Shown: in pieces, positions 1 to 9,687 of the stretch
Layout: each line of letters starts with the position of its first letter
Position numbering within the stretch: position 1 is the first letter of the stretch
Made by a program: the position numbers and the translations under genes
Origin: an uncultured Synergistota bacterium
GTDB lineage: Bacteria > Synergistota > JAGHAJ01
Reading direction: 5' to 3'
NCBI GenBank assembly: GCA_964559865.1
Contig: CAZLJD010000030.1
Coordinates: forward strand, 125,196-189,195
Length of the DNA: 64,000 nt
The notes under the pieces: generated by a model
Told to the model about the DNA's origin: nothing
Seen by the model: only the letters and a program-made list of their open reading frames with translations
Database searches by the model: none

Positions 1-740
1 TTCAGGAAGCTTTCTGCCCTTCCCGTGCCACAGTTGAATATTCCGGAGAGCTCCGGATGGCTAAAGAAGAAGAGGTTTACATTTACAACATCTTTTACAT
101 GGGTGAAGTCTCTTTTGTAGTCTTCGCTTCCCTCGAACAGAACCATTTTATTGTTCTCTTTTGCTTCCTTGTAGAGTTGGAACACGATGGATGCCATCTT
201 GCCTTTGTGATACTCCTTGGGACCGTAGATGTTGAAGTACCTTAACCCTACTATTTGGGAATGCACCTCGGAGGAGTTTAAATGCCTCTTTACATACTTG
301 TCGAACATGAGTTTTGAGAAGCCGTATATGTTCAAGGAGTATTCGGAGTTTTCGTCTTCTTTGAAGCCGTACTTCCCGGCACCGTAAACTGCTGCTGAAG
401 AGGCATATATGAGCCTTATGTGGTTCTGGATGCTGAAGCTCAGGAGGTTTTTGCTGTATTCGTAATTATTGAGCATCATGTATCTCCCGTTGTATTCCAT
501 GGTGTCCGTGCATGCCCCCTCGTGAAATATAACTTCGATACTGTTTGGAGAGATACCGGACAAGAACTTCCATAGTTCCGTTTTGTCCACGAAGTCGGCA
601 AAGGATAGACCGTTTAGGTTTTTGAACTTTTCTGAGGTTTTTAAGTTGTCTACTATAACGATCTCATCTATACCCAACTTGTTTAGCCCTTCCACGATGT
701 TGCTACCTATGAAGCCAGAGCCTCCGGTCACGATTATCAA
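1..740 (-). CDS. hldD: ADP-L-glycero-D-manno-heptose 6-epimerase (HldD/RfaD), 3' end truncated by window edge
   Basis: Own translation of minus strand starts LIIVTGGSGFIGSN at a TTG preceded by GGGGGGA, and continues with FHEGACTDT, YASSAAVYG, NIYGFSKLMFD, YFNIYGPKEYHKGKMAS, FEGSEDYKRDF, which match the HldD signature blocks; ORF runs off position 1. Not in the ORF track (non-ATG start, partial). Confidence 0.85.
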   Translation of the reverse strand, partial: MIIVTGGSGFIGSNIVEGLNKLGIDEIVIVDNLKTSEKFKNLNGLSFADFVDKTELWKFLSGISPNSIEVIFHEGACTDTMEYNGRYMMLNNYEYSKNLLSFSIQNHIRLIYASSAAVYGAGKYGFKEDENSEYSLNIYGFSKLMFDKYVKRHLNSSEVHSQIVGLRYFNIYGPKEYHKGKMASIVFQLYKEAKENNKMVLFEGSEDYKRDFTHVKDVVNVNLFFFSHPELSGIFNCGTGRAESFL

Positions 741-905
741 GGATATCCCCCCATTTAGATAGTTCCTGAGCTATTATATACTTTAGAACCGTTTGTATAA
801 AGGGTTATTCTTCACGAAAGGATGTATTTCCACTTTTTGGAATATTTTGCCATTTGACTGATTCCACTTCTTAGTGTTAAGATTGCGACTGAGGGGGGAT
901 CAGGT

Positions 906-1940
906 TTGCAGAGATGGAAGCAGGATGTCTTTACGAAATTGACATTTTTGATGCTGTGGTTTTTGGCAGGGATAACGCTTCTTAATGTGATTCAAGGGAA
1001 GCCTTTCTGTCATGTCCTTATACTGAGCGTAGCTACCTTACTGGATGCGTTTATGTTTTTTGTGGCTTTTTTCTACGAAAGGTATTTTATATCTGCGTGG
1101 TTGTGGTTGACCATAGGGGTATTGGTTGGGCTATGGTTCACTACAGGTGGGCTCCAGAGCGCCATCTCTTATTATTTTATAATACCGTTCTTGTTTAATC
1201 TTGTGTTCTTCGAGGGTAGGAAACGGGTGTTGGGTTTTGTAGGTATAGTTTTTGTCTTTCTTTCGCTTTCCATAGTGGAGTATCACTATCCTTACTTGGT
1301 GTATAGGTACTCGTCCCGGTTTGATAGGTGGTTGCATGTCTCGAGTGCAGCACTGTTTTACATGATAATCTCTGCGTTTTTTGTCTCTATAGTGCTGAGG
1401 GAGTTTGTAAAGGAGCAGATCATAGTGAAGCTACAGAACAGGCGTCTTGAGGAGCTCAGCATGAAGGATAGTTTAACGGGTTTGTATAATCACGATGCCA
1501 TTATAGAGATGTTGACCAAAGAGTTAGAAATGGTCAAGAGGTTTGGGAGTCCTCTCTCCGTTTTGATGTTTGATGTAGATGATTTTAAGAGTATAAACGA
1601 TGAGCTTGGTCATCAAGTAGGAGATGAGGTTTTAAAGGTGGTTGGGAGTGTTGTAAGGGAGAGTATCAGGGGTGCAGATGTGCCCGGTAGGTATGGTGGG
1701 GATGAGTTTCTGGTCGTGCTACCCCAGTCGAATATTACTGGTGCTCGCCTCGTTGCAGATAGAATAAGAAATAGATTGCGCTCTCTGAGAGTAAGTGGCT
1801 TGAATAGGGCCATAACGATAAGTGGAGGTATTGTTGGGGCGGATGGTCATACTGCAGAAAAATTAATAAGAATTGTGGACAATCTTTTGTATAGGGCAAA
1901 GAAACAGGGAAAAGACAGAATAGAAGTAGAATTAAGTTAG
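906..1940 (+). CDS. membrane-anchored diguanylate cyclase (GGDEF domain)
   Basis: N-terminal hydrophobic segments; C-terminal GGDEF domain with intact RYGGDEF active-site motif and LTGLYNHDA / FDVDDFKSIND blocks; TTG start. Confidence 0.85.
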   Translation: MQRWKQDVFTKLTFLMLWFLAGITLLNVIQGKPFCHVLILSVATLLDAFMFFVAFFYERYFISAWLWLTIGVLVGLWFTTGGLQSAISYYFIIPFLFNLVFFEGRKRVLGFVGIVFVFLSLSIVEYHYPYLVYRYSSRFDRWLHVSSAALFYMIISAFFVSIVLREFVKEQIIVKLQNRRLEELSMKDSLTGLYNHDAIIEMLTKELEMVKRFGSPLSVLMFDVDDFKSINDELGHQVGDEVLKVVGSVVRESIRGADVPGRYGGDEFLVVLPQSNITGARLVADRIRNRLRSLRVSGLNRAITISGGIVGADGHTAEKLIRIVDNLLYRAKKQGKDRIEVELS

Positions 1941-1961
1941 TTTAACTTTCACAAATACTGC

Positions 1962-1990
1962 TTGACATCGTTCAGTTAAGGCTGTATACT
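1962..1990 (+). promoter_or_regulatory. sigma70-like promoter for the 13-gene complex operon (TTGACA, 17-nt spacer, TATACT)
   Basis: TTGACA at 1962-1967 and TATACT at 1985-1990 read directly; lies between the GGDEF stop (1940) and the first complex gene (2058). Confidence 0.55.
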
Positions 1991-2057
1991 ACTAACAGAT
2001 ATTGCTGGTGTATAAGGGAAATGCCTGAAAGGAACTTAGTTTAGAAAGGGTGGTTCT

Positions 2058-2603
2058 TTGAAGCAAGAAGCCAGCAAGCTAAGTAGATTTCTCTACGCAT
2101 TTATCGTCTATTCCCTTTTGTGGTGTGTATTTGTCCGTTCCCCCGGTATGTTACCCGGTCAGTGCACGCAGGAGTATGTAGTAGGGATAGTTCTTTCCTT
2201 CTTAGCAGCGTTGGTTAGCTACAAGCATCTTTCCTCTCGTGGTTTAAGAAATTTCTCTCTGCACAGGATTTTGTGGGTTCTCGGATACATACCTGTGCTT
2301 ATATGGGCAATGATAAAGGCAAATCTGGATGTTGCTTACCGCGTGCTTCATCCCAAGATGCCCATAAAACCTGGGATAGTGAGGATAAGGACCGATTTGA
2401 AAAACCCTCTTGCCAAGCTGGTGCTTGCCAACTCTATTACGCTTACGCCTGGCACCATGACTATGCAGATAATAGAGGACAGGTATTACATTCACTGGAT
2501 ATATGTGAGGAGTGAAGATGAAAAGCTGGCAGGAGAGTACATAAAGGGGGAGTTTGAGAAGTACATTAAGGAGGCGTTTGATGACCACGATTACCCATCC
2601 TGA
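2058..2603 (+). CDS. Mrp antiporter subunit E-like membrane protein (MbxA/MbsA-type)
   Basis: Hydrophobic ~180 aa protein, first gene of an operon with MrpF/G/B/C/D homologues; TTG start after AAAGGGTGG. Confidence 0.65.
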   Translation: MKQEASKLSRFLYAFIVYSLLWCVFVRSPGMLPGQCTQEYVVGIVLSFLAALVSYKHLSSRGLRNFSLHRILWVLGYIPVLIWAMIKANLDVAYRVLHPKMPIKPGIVRIRTDLKNPLAKLVLANSITLTPGTMTMQIIEDRYYIHWIYVRSEDEKLAGEYIKGEFEKYIKEAFDDHDYPS

Positions 2604-2853
2604 TCTTTTTCTGTTTTTTATAGGTGTCATAGCTGTGGCAGCCTTTTTGTCGTTGGTGAGGATAATAAAGGGTCCTACGGCGGCAGACAGAGCAGTGGCC
2701 ATGGATATAATGACCAATATAACCATTGTGCTTCTGGTTATATTGGGACTTTTCTTTGATAGGTTTGTTTATCTTGATGTTGCTTTGGTCTATGGGATAC
2801 TCTCATTTGTTGGAGTAATAGCCATAGCGAGGTATCTTGAGAAGGGTATGTGA
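2581..2853 (+). CDS. Mrp antiporter subunit F-like (MbxB-type)
   Basis: Small membrane protein with GPTAADRAVAMD motif typical of MrpF/MnhF; ATG at 2581 preceded by AAGGAGG, overlapping the upstream gene. Confidence 0.75.
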   Translation: MTTITHPDLFLFFIGVIAVAAFLSLVRIIKGPTAADRAVAMDIMTNITIVLLVILGLFFDRFVYLDVALVYGILSFVGVIAIARYLEKGM

Positions 2854-2860
2854 TCTGGTA

Positions 2861-3193
2861 ATGGTGGAATTTTTGAGGGTTTTGGGTTACTTTTTTGTGG
2901 GTGTAGGTTCTTTTTTTCTTTTGTTAGCCTCTATAGGCCTTATAAGGATGCCGGATGTGTATAACAGAATGCAGACATCCACGAAGGCTACCACATTGGG
3001 AGCACTAAGCGTCCTGTTGGGGGTAGGCTTTTTGAACCTCTATTGGTTGCCGAAGAGTCTTGTCATAGCAGCTTTTATTCTGTTAACAGCGCCGGTTGGA
3101 GCCAGTGCTTTGGTGAGGGCGAGTTACAGATCCGGCATAAAGCTGTGGGAGGGTAGCGTCGTTAATAAGTGTAAAGAGGACGAGGAGGGCTGA
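2861..3193 (+). CDS. Mrp antiporter subunit G-like (MbxC-type)
   Basis: RMPDVYNRMQTSTKATTLG motif typical of MrpG/MnhG; start chosen at ATG 2861 (track ORF begins at 2837 TTG). Confidence 0.75.
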   Translation: MVEFLRVLGYFFVGVGSFFLLLASIGLIRMPDVYNRMQTSTKATTLGALSVLLGVGFLNLYWLPKSLVIAAFILLTAPVGASALVRASYRSGIKLWEGSVVNKCKEDEEG

Positions 3194-3195
3194 TT

Positions 3196-3447
3196 GTGGA
3201 GCTGTATGACTTTGTTTCCATTATCCTTATAGGGGGAATGATCGTGCTGGCTTTCATAGCTGCTGAGAGTAGAGACTTGCTTTCTGCCTCTATTGCGATG
3301 GGGGTAGTTAGTCTCATTGTGTCTATCTTGTTTTACATGCTTCAGGCACCAGATGTTGCCATAACGGAGGCAGCTATAGGTGCAGCATTGAGCCTGGCGG
3401 TTATGATATTTGGCATAAAGCACACAGATAGGTGGGAGAAAAAGTGA
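3196..3447 (+). CDS. small membrane subunit of Mrp/Mbx-type complex (MbxD-like)
   Basis: 83-aa two-helix hydrophobic protein, GTG start after GAGGAGGG, position in operon. Confidence 0.55.
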   Translation: MELYDFVSIILIGGMIVLAFIAAESRDLLSASIAMGVVSLIVSILFYMLQAPDVAITEAAIGAALSLAVMIFGIKHTDRWEKK

Positions 3448-4172
3448 AAAGGATAATAGCTATAACCCTTTCTGTGTTGATATTTCTTATATTCATGACT
3501 GCCTTTGCACGGGTAAAGTTTGGTAATATAGCCCTGAGCAAGTACTTTTACTTTAATCCCGTAAAGAAGCAGATGACGAGAGACTCTGTGCCAAGTCATT
3601 ACCTTAAAGAGGGGATAAAAGAAACGGGTTCGACCAACATAGTAACGGCTGTTGTGGTTGATTATAGGGGCTTTGATACTTTGGGAGAGGTTACCGTGCT
3701 GTTTCTTGCTTCTATAGGTGTAGGTGCACTGATGTATATAAAGAGAGAAGAGAAACGCAAGGTACGGGAGGCAAACGAGATAGTGAAGACTGCATCTGCC
3801 TTCCTGTTTGGTTTTATAGTGCTGTTCGGTGCTTATATATTCGTGCATGGGCACCTTACGCCCGGAGGTGGTTTTCCTGGGGGTTCTGTGATTGCTTCAG
3901 CTTACCTTCTGCTCTACCTTGCTTACCCAAAGTATGCGGCAGACCACAGTAAACTTAGTGTCTTGGAAAGCCTGGCAGGACTCACATTTTTGGTTACAGG
4001 TTTGTTAGGTATCATATTCGGGGGACACTTCTTGTACAACTTTTTGCCTTACGGAGTGCCGAGATACCTGTTTAGTGCTGGTGTTATCCCTGTCATATAT
4101 GTAGCAGTTGGCATAAAGGTTGGGTCTGAGCTTACTGGTATAGTGGATTCAATGATGGGGGTGAGAGAGTGA
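3432..4172 (+). CDS. Mrp antiporter subunit B-like (MbxE/F-type)
   Basis: NIVTAVVVDYRGFDTLGEVTVL and HGHLTPGGGFPGG motifs characteristic of MrpB/MnhB. Confidence 0.75.
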   Translation: MGEKVKRIIAITLSVLIFLIFMTAFARVKFGNIALSKYFYFNPVKKQMTRDSVPSHYLKEGIKETGSTNIVTAVVVDYRGFDTLGEVTVLFLASIGVGALMYIKREEKRKVREANEIVKTASAFLFGFIVLFGAYIFVHGHLTPGGGFPGGSVIASAYLLLYLAYPKYAADHSKLSVLESLAGLTFLVTGLLGIIFGGHFLYNFLPYGVPRYLFSAGVIPVIYVAVGIKVGSELTGIVDSMMGVRE

Positions 4173-4501
4173 TCTTCTATGCTGCATCGCTGGCACTCGT
4201 TGCCATAGGTATATATGTGGTCATTTCGAAGAGAAATCTCATCAAGATCATCATAGGGCTCGATATGATAGATACGGGTGTGAACCTCCTTTTGATTTCC
4301 ATAGGATATGTCCGTGGGGGAACGGCACCTATAGAAAATGGTAACTATCCGCTTTATGTGGATCCAATCCCTCACGCATTGGTTCTTACTGCTATAGTAA
4401 TAGGGGTTTCCGTTATGGCTCTCGCCCTTTCTATAGTGATAGGTCTTTATAGACATACTGGTACGCTTGAGATAGACGAGATAAGGGGGCTTGTAAAGTG
4501 A
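4169..4501 (+). CDS. Mrp subunit C / NuoK-like (MbxG-type)
   Basis: 110-aa three-helix protein resembling NuoK/MrpC; GTG start overlapping upstream stop. Confidence 0.75.
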   Translation: MIFYAASLALVAIGIYVVISKRNLIKIIIGLDMIDTGVNLLLISIGYVRGGTAPIENGNYPLYVDPIPHALVLTAIVIGVSVMALALSIVIGLYRHTGTLEIDEIRGLVK

Positions 4502-5919
4502 TAAGACCTGTTCTTTTGATCGCTTTGCCGTTGTTCTTTGCGTTTTTGCTGCCAGTTATTGGCTTATGGAACAAGAAGGGCGTTAAGTATGTGACTGTTG
4601 GTGTTATGGGAGTAGAGTTGTTGCTTGCAGTTGCCCTGCTTGATGAGGTCTTGTTGCACCCCGTTATAGATAAGATTGGTGGATTTGTTCCCCCAATAGG
4701 TATAGTGCTTATGGTGGGTAGGCTTGGTGGTTTTCTTACGCTTATAATAGCGCTTTCCGCCTTCGTGATCTCTATATACAACCTCTGGGAGGACAAAGAG
4801 CCTATCGTTAGGTACAACATGCTTTCACTCTTGCTCCTTATGGGTTCCGTTGGGATGGTAATTACAGGTGATATATTTAACCTGTTTGTTTTTCTTGAGA
4901 TTACATCTATAGCCTCTTACGGACTCGCATCCTATAATCGTGATGCAAGGGGTTTTTCTGGAGCAATAAAGTATGTAGTACTTGGTTCTATAGGCAGTAG
5001 TTTTGTTCTGATAGGTATAGCGTTGATATATGCCCAGTTGAGGACACTTAACATGCTCGACATAGCGCACAGGATAGGAGAGATGGACCCTTATGTTAGG
5101 CTGATTGCTTTTACATCTCTGTTCCTCGGTTTTGGAGTGGAAGCGGAGATGTTTCCTTTAAACACATGGGTACCAGGTGTTTATGATGGAGCACCCAACG
5201 CCGTTGTAAGTATGTTTGCTTCCATGCCTGCAAAATCTTCTATTTTTGCACTTGCAAGGATGATGTTTACCGTTTTTTCCTTTAGTGGCTTTATGTGGTT
5301 TGTTGCAATCTTGGGGCTTATTACCGTTTTCTTCGGCGAGATGGTGGCATTTGCACAGGATAAGCTGAAGAAGATGCTTGCCTATTCTTCCATAGGGCAG
5401 ATGGGTATGATCATTATGGGGTTGGGTATAGGCACTGCTATGTCTGTTGAGGGTGCGTTTTTTCAGATGTTTGGGCACGCGCTTGCAAAAGCTTTGCTCT
5501 TCTTGGCAGCTGGGTATATGATCTATGCGGTTAAGAGCGAAAAGATACAGGACATGGTGGGAGTTGCAAAGAATCCTTTGGTGGGCGTGCCGGTAGTTAT
5601 TGCCATACTTTCTCTCCTCGGTATGCCACCATTTGTGGGATTTTACGGTAAGTTTTATATAGTGCTTGGTGGTATCGATGCAAGGGCTTACGGGATTATA
5701 GCGCTGTTTTTGGCCGCTACGATTATAGAGGTTGTGTATTATGCCAGATTTATAAAGGTTGCATTTGCAAAACCCGTTAGGGAGTATGTTTCACCGGAGC
5801 CGGTTGTGTATTTGCCGATGATGGTGTTTGCCATTGTCATAGTGGTTTTTGGTATTTTCCCGGCACCTATCTTTGCTATTTTGAGCAAGGTTTCCATGTT
5901 TATCCTGGGAGGAATATGA
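4498..5919 (+). CDS. antiporter-like subunit, MrpD/NuoN family (MbxH-type)
   Basis: 473-aa polytopic protein with proton-pumping antiporter-type conserved blocks (AYSSIGQMG, HALAKALLF). Confidence 0.85.
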   Translation: MIRPVLLIALPLFFAFLLPVIGLWNKKGVKYVTVGVMGVELLLAVALLDEVLLHPVIDKIGGFVPPIGIVLMVGRLGGFLTLIIALSAFVISIYNLWEDKEPIVRYNMLSLLLLMGSVGMVITGDIFNLFVFLEITSIASYGLASYNRDARGFSGAIKYVVLGSIGSSFVLIGIALIYAQLRTLNMLDIAHRIGEMDPYVRLIAFTSLFLGFGVEAEMFPLNTWVPGVYDGAPNAVVSMFASMPAKSSIFALARMMFTVFSFSGFMWFVAILGLITVFFGEMVAFAQDKLKKMLAYSSIGQMGMIIMGLGIGTAMSVEGAFFQMFGHALAKALLFLAAGYMIYAVKSEKIQDMVGVAKNPLVGVPVVIAILSLLGMPPFVGFYGKFYIVLGGIDARAYGIIALFLAATIIEVVYYARFIKVAFAKPVREYVSPEPVVYLPMMVFAIVIVVFGIFPAPIFAILSKVSMFILGGI

Positions 5920-5920
5920 G

Positions 5921-7735
5921 ATGGGGCATCAGGACTTGTTCTGGCTATTTGTGATTCTTCCGGCATTTGGTGGTATCCTTTCTTTTTTTCTTGAGAGGTA
6001 TGCAGTGGCTGTTGCAACGCTCTTCAGTGGAGTAGTGCTTGCATTTGCTATGTTTGGCTATGGTATGGCTGGGATGGGGGTACTGCATGTTGGGTTTGAG
6101 ATGCACCTTTCCTTGGATGCTGTATCTTGGTTCTTCATGGTAATGATAGACCTCGTTGGGTTTGTTGCTCTTATGTTTTCAATGGAGTTTATTACAGATG
6201 GTAAGGGGAGCTTTTCCTTCTTTATGTTGCTTGCGTTGGCGGGTGCAAACGGCGTCGTAATGTCAAGGGATTTTCTATCCCTGTATATCTTTTGGGAGAT
6301 CATGTCTTGGTCTGTTTTCCTATTGGTGTTGCGGAGCTCTGGGGAGTGGGCTAAAAAATACATCGTTTTTGCCGTAATTTCTGCTGTGCTCTTGCTGATG
6401 GGTATAGGTGTTGTGTACCATTATTCTGGTAGCTTGGTGTATAGTGGTGCGGTGAAGGGGCTGTCTCTGTCTGCGTGGGGTGTTGCATTGTCTCTTCTGA
6501 TTGTTGGCTTTATGGTGAAAATGGCCGTTGTGCCGTTGCATGTGTGGGCACCGTATGCCTATTCTTCTGAACAGACATTTGTTGCGTTCTTGTCTGGGGG
6601 TTTAAGTAAGCTTGGTACATTTGGAGTACTCGTGGTGATGTATATGGCTGCAGGTGTTTCCGTGATGCACGGTTTTGGCGTTTTTAAGAATGTTTCACTG
6701 TTTGGTTATCCTTTTGCTCTGCTCGGTGCAATCACAGCTTTTGTGGGTACTATAGTTGCTGTGTTTCAAGATGACATAAGAAAACTCCTTGCGTATTCCT
6801 CTATTGGGCAACTTGGTTATGTAATGGTTGGTTTGGGACTTGGTATGCCACTTGCCGTTGGGGGGGCGATCTTTCACGCTTTTAACCATGCGATGTTTAA
6901 GTCCGTACTGTTTATGGGGGTAGCGGCGGTCTTCTATAGAGTAAAGACATACAGGATAAGTGAGATGGGCGGTTTGGGTTACAAGATGCCGTTTACATTT
7001 TTGGCGGTGCTTACGGCTATATTTGGTCTTGCTGGCATACCTGTAACATCTGGCTTTATTTCGAAGTGGATGCTTTACGAAGCGGCAATTCAGAACAGAT
7101 TTGTCATAATTGCTCCTCTCATGCTGGTTGCCTCTGTCGGGGCGTTTCTGTATTGCTTCAGAATCCTCTACGGGGTATTCCTGGGTCAGATAGATAGGGG
7201 TAAAGAAGAGGTAAAAGAGGTTGGCGTTTGGATGCTTTTACCGATGTACATCCTTGTTGTACCTCTTTTGCTCTTTGCACTGTTTCCTGGTTGGATACTT
7301 GCTTGGATAAATGACATGTTGGTCTACATGAATGTGGGAAGGTTGAGCTATACTACTTACAGTTTTTCCTCTCTTATAGGTAATGCAGATATGCTACTGT
7401 TTCTTGGTTCGTTCTTCGTTGCGTTTGCTATAGCTGTGGCACTGTTCGTTAAGAGACCTGCAACAAATGTAGACCAGTATGATAATTACCTCTCTGGAGA
7501 GGTAAGGGAGTATGTAAGGTTGCATGCTGCTTATAACTTTTACAAACCCCTGAAGGATGTGTGGGCACCACTCCTCAACAGGAGTATAGATAGAGGGTAC
7601 GATGCCTTTGGGAAGATGCTGGGGGTTGTGTTTGATAGGGTTAAACTCTTTTACACGGGCAATCCTCAGGACTATGCTGCCTATGTTGGTTTAGCGTTTC
7701 TCATATTTGTAGTGGTTGGATGGTGGTTGAGATGA
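5921..7735 (+). CDS. second antiporter-like subunit, NuoL/MrpA family (MbxH'-type)
   Basis: 604-aa polytopic protein with AYSSIGQLGY and HAFNHAMFKS blocks; RBS GGGAGGAA. Confidence 0.85.
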   Translation: MGHQDLFWLFVILPAFGGILSFFLERYAVAVATLFSGVVLAFAMFGYGMAGMGVLHVGFEMHLSLDAVSWFFMVMIDLVGFVALMFSMEFITDGKGSFSFFMLLALAGANGVVMSRDFLSLYIFWEIMSWSVFLLVLRSSGEWAKKYIVFAVISAVLLLMGIGVVYHYSGSLVYSGAVKGLSLSAWGVALSLLIVGFMVKMAVVPLHVWAPYAYSSEQTFVAFLSGGLSKLGTFGVLVVMYMAAGVSVMHGFGVFKNVSLFGYPFALLGAITAFVGTIVAVFQDDIRKLLAYSSIGQLGYVMVGLGLGMPLAVGGAIFHAFNHAMFKSVLFMGVAAVFYRVKTYRISEMGGLGYKMPFTFLAVLTAIFGLAGIPVTSGFISKWMLYEAAIQNRFVIIAPLMLVASVGAFLYCFRILYGVFLGQIDRGKEEVKEVGVWMLLPMYILVVPLLLFALFPGWILAWINDMLVYMNVGRLSYTTYSFSSLIGNADMLLFLGSFFVAFAIAVALFVKRPATNVDQYDNYLSGEVREYVRLHAAYNFYKPLKDVWAPLLNRSIDRGYDAFGKMLGVVFDRVKLFYTGNPQDYAAYVGLAFLIFVVVGWWLR

Positions 7736-8676
7736 CGGTTATGCTGGAGAACTGGCTTGTGTCTGCTTTGTATGTGTTTTTGGCGATATGTGTAGGATTG
7801 CTTTTTGGAGGAATAGCGAGAAAGGTTACTGCACGCATTCAGAACAGGGTAGGGCCACCTGTTTACCAGAACTTCATAGATGTGGGAAAACTCCTTACAA
7901 AGAAGTCAAACATCAGACACAATTGGATATTTGACTTTGCACCGGTATTTGCCCTGTCAGGGGTAATTATGATACTTCTCTACCTGCCTATGGGTGGTTA
8001 TAGGATGTTTGCCTCTAAAGGGGACCTTATCCTCCTTATGTATATAATGGTGATACCTGCACTGGGTTTTGCGCTTGGTGCTGGTGCAAGCATGAATCCT
8101 AATGCTGGCGTGGGCGTTATGAGGGCATTAACCCTTATGCTCTCTTACGAGATGCCCTTTGTTATAGTGTTACTTTCTGTTATGATATACTACGACACAG
8201 CTTCGCTTACCACCCTTCTTGGAAAGCAGTTTTCCGTGGGGTGGGCTATAGTTGCTCTCCCTATATCGGCAGTTGCGGCTGACATGGCTTTGCAGGGAAT
8301 GATGATGGAAAAGCCGTTTGATATACCGATTGCACCCCACGAGATAGCGTCCGGTCCGTTGGTGGAGTTTGGCGGCAAGTACCTTGGAATGTTGATGCTA
8401 TATTCGGCGGGCGGCATCGTGGTGGAAACCTCTTTGTTTGTGGATCTGTTTCTTGGTGGTGGAGTGGTTCTGGACCCAGCCGTATATGGATTTTGGGCTT
8501 ATTTGGTAAATTATGTTGTGTGGTTTGCCCTCATACTGGCAGTTTGGTTGATAGCGGTGTTTGTGAACGCTGTGTTTCCGAGGTTCAGGATAGAGCAGGC
8601 GTTTAAGTTCTACTGGAAGTGGCCAACGGTTATAGCTATACTGGGATTGGTTCAGGCATACTTTTTGAAGGGATGA
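7720..8676 (+). CDS. NuoH/HycD-like membrane subunit (MbxM-type)
   Basis: 318 aa, RKVTARIQNRVGPP motif typical of NuoH-family subunits. Confidence 0.85.
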   Translation: MVVEMTVMLENWLVSALYVFLAICVGLLFGGIARKVTARIQNRVGPPVYQNFIDVGKLLTKKSNIRHNWIFDFAPVFALSGVIMILLYLPMGGYRMFASKGDLILLMYIMVIPALGFALGAGASMNPNAGVGVMRALTLMLSYEMPFVIVLLSVMIYYDTASLTTLLGKQFSVGWAIVALPISAVAADMALQGMMMEKPFDIPIAPHEIASGPLVEFGGKYLGMLMLYSAGGIVVETSLFVDLFLGGGVVLDPAVYGFWAYLVNYVVWFALILAVWLIAVFVNAVFPRFRIEQAFKFYWKWPTVIAILGLVQAYFLKG

Positions 8677-8677
8677 G

Positions 8678-9208
8678 TTGTCTATGTCTAAGGAAATGAG
8701 TTACAGGGATTGGACAGAGGTAGAGAGGCTTCTTTCCAGGAGGTCCTTGTGGATAATACACTTCTGTACTGGATGTGGGGCAATGGAGATGCCCGCTATC
8801 ATGACCTCCCGTTACGATATGGAGAGGTTTGGTATAATGCCCATGGCGACTCCGAGGCAAGCAGACATCATGCTTGTTACCGGTTATGTGGCTGTTAAAA
8901 CTTTGAAGAGGATAGTTCGTGTCTATGAGCAGATGCAGGATCCGAAATATGTTGTTGCGTTTGGTTCGTGTCCTATAAATGGCGGTTTGTATTGGGATTC
9001 CTATAATACGATAAAGCAACTCGATAAGTACATACCCGTAGATATCTACATAGCAGGCTGTATGCCAAGGCCGGAGGCTATCATGGATGCACTTCTGAAG
9101 CTTATGGATATGATAGACAGGGGTGAAGCGGACGGGTGGCGGAGGTATAAGGAGCAGTTTGAGGTTTACAAGGCGAATCAGAACAGGGTTTTTAAGAGGT
9201 GGGATTGA
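8678..9208 (+). CDS. NuoB-like small subunit with [4Fe-4S] cluster (MbxJ-type)
   Basis: Four conserved Cys (CTGCG ... GSCP ... AGCMPRPE) in NuoB/hydrogenase small-subunit arrangement. Confidence 0.9.
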   Translation: MSMSKEMSYRDWTEVERLLSRRSLWIIHFCTGCGAMEMPAIMTSRYDMERFGIMPMATPRQADIMLVTGYVAVKTLKRIVRVYEQMQDPKYVVAFGSCPINGGLYWDSYNTIKQLDKYIPVDIYIAGCMPRPEAIMDALLKLMDMIDRGEADGWRRYKEQFEVYKANQNRVFKRWD

Positions 9209-9687
9209 TGGAGACTTTTGGGATAGATTTCAAGGAGCTTCCCGTTAAGGGCAATACAAGAAAGCGGCTTTATGGCAGTGTGGAACTTGATAGGATAAAG
9301 GAACACATTAGAAAGTTCAAAGAGGTAGGTTTTAATCACCTTGTTGCGATAAGCTGTATAGATTGGATAGACGATGGAAAGTTTGAGGTGGTTTATCATT
9401 TGTGGAGCTACGAGGAGTTGGTAGATATATTCCTTTCGGTGATGATAGATAGAGATAACCCCAGCCTTCAGAGTGTAAAGGAGCTTTTCCCTCAGGCTGA
9501 GACTTACGAAAGAGAGATGCACGAGATGTTTGGCGTATATTTTGATGGCAACGATAGGTTAACGGAGTTTATCCTTGAAGACTGGGATGGTCCTCCGCCT
9601 ATGCGCAAGGACTTTGACACTAAGAAGTATGCTGAGGAGCGTTTCTATTCTGTACCTCCGGTAGGTGATGTAGATGAAGGAGTATGA
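9208..9687 (+). CDS. NuoC-like subunit (MbxK-type)
   Basis: ~160 aa with NuoC-family blocks (ETYEREMHEMFGVYFDGN); ATG overlaps upstream stop (TGATG). Confidence 0.8.
   Translation: METFGIDFKELPVKGNTRKRLYGSVELDRIKEHIRKFKEVGFNHLVAISCIDWIDDGKFEVVYHLWSYEELVDIFLSVMIDRDNPSLQSVKELFPQAETYEREMHEMFGVYFDGNDRLTEFILEDWDGPPPMRKDFDTKKYAEERFYSVPPVGDVDEGV

Noticed and set aside
57-245. 62-aa plus-strand ORF
   Set aside because: Antisense to hldD coding sequence.
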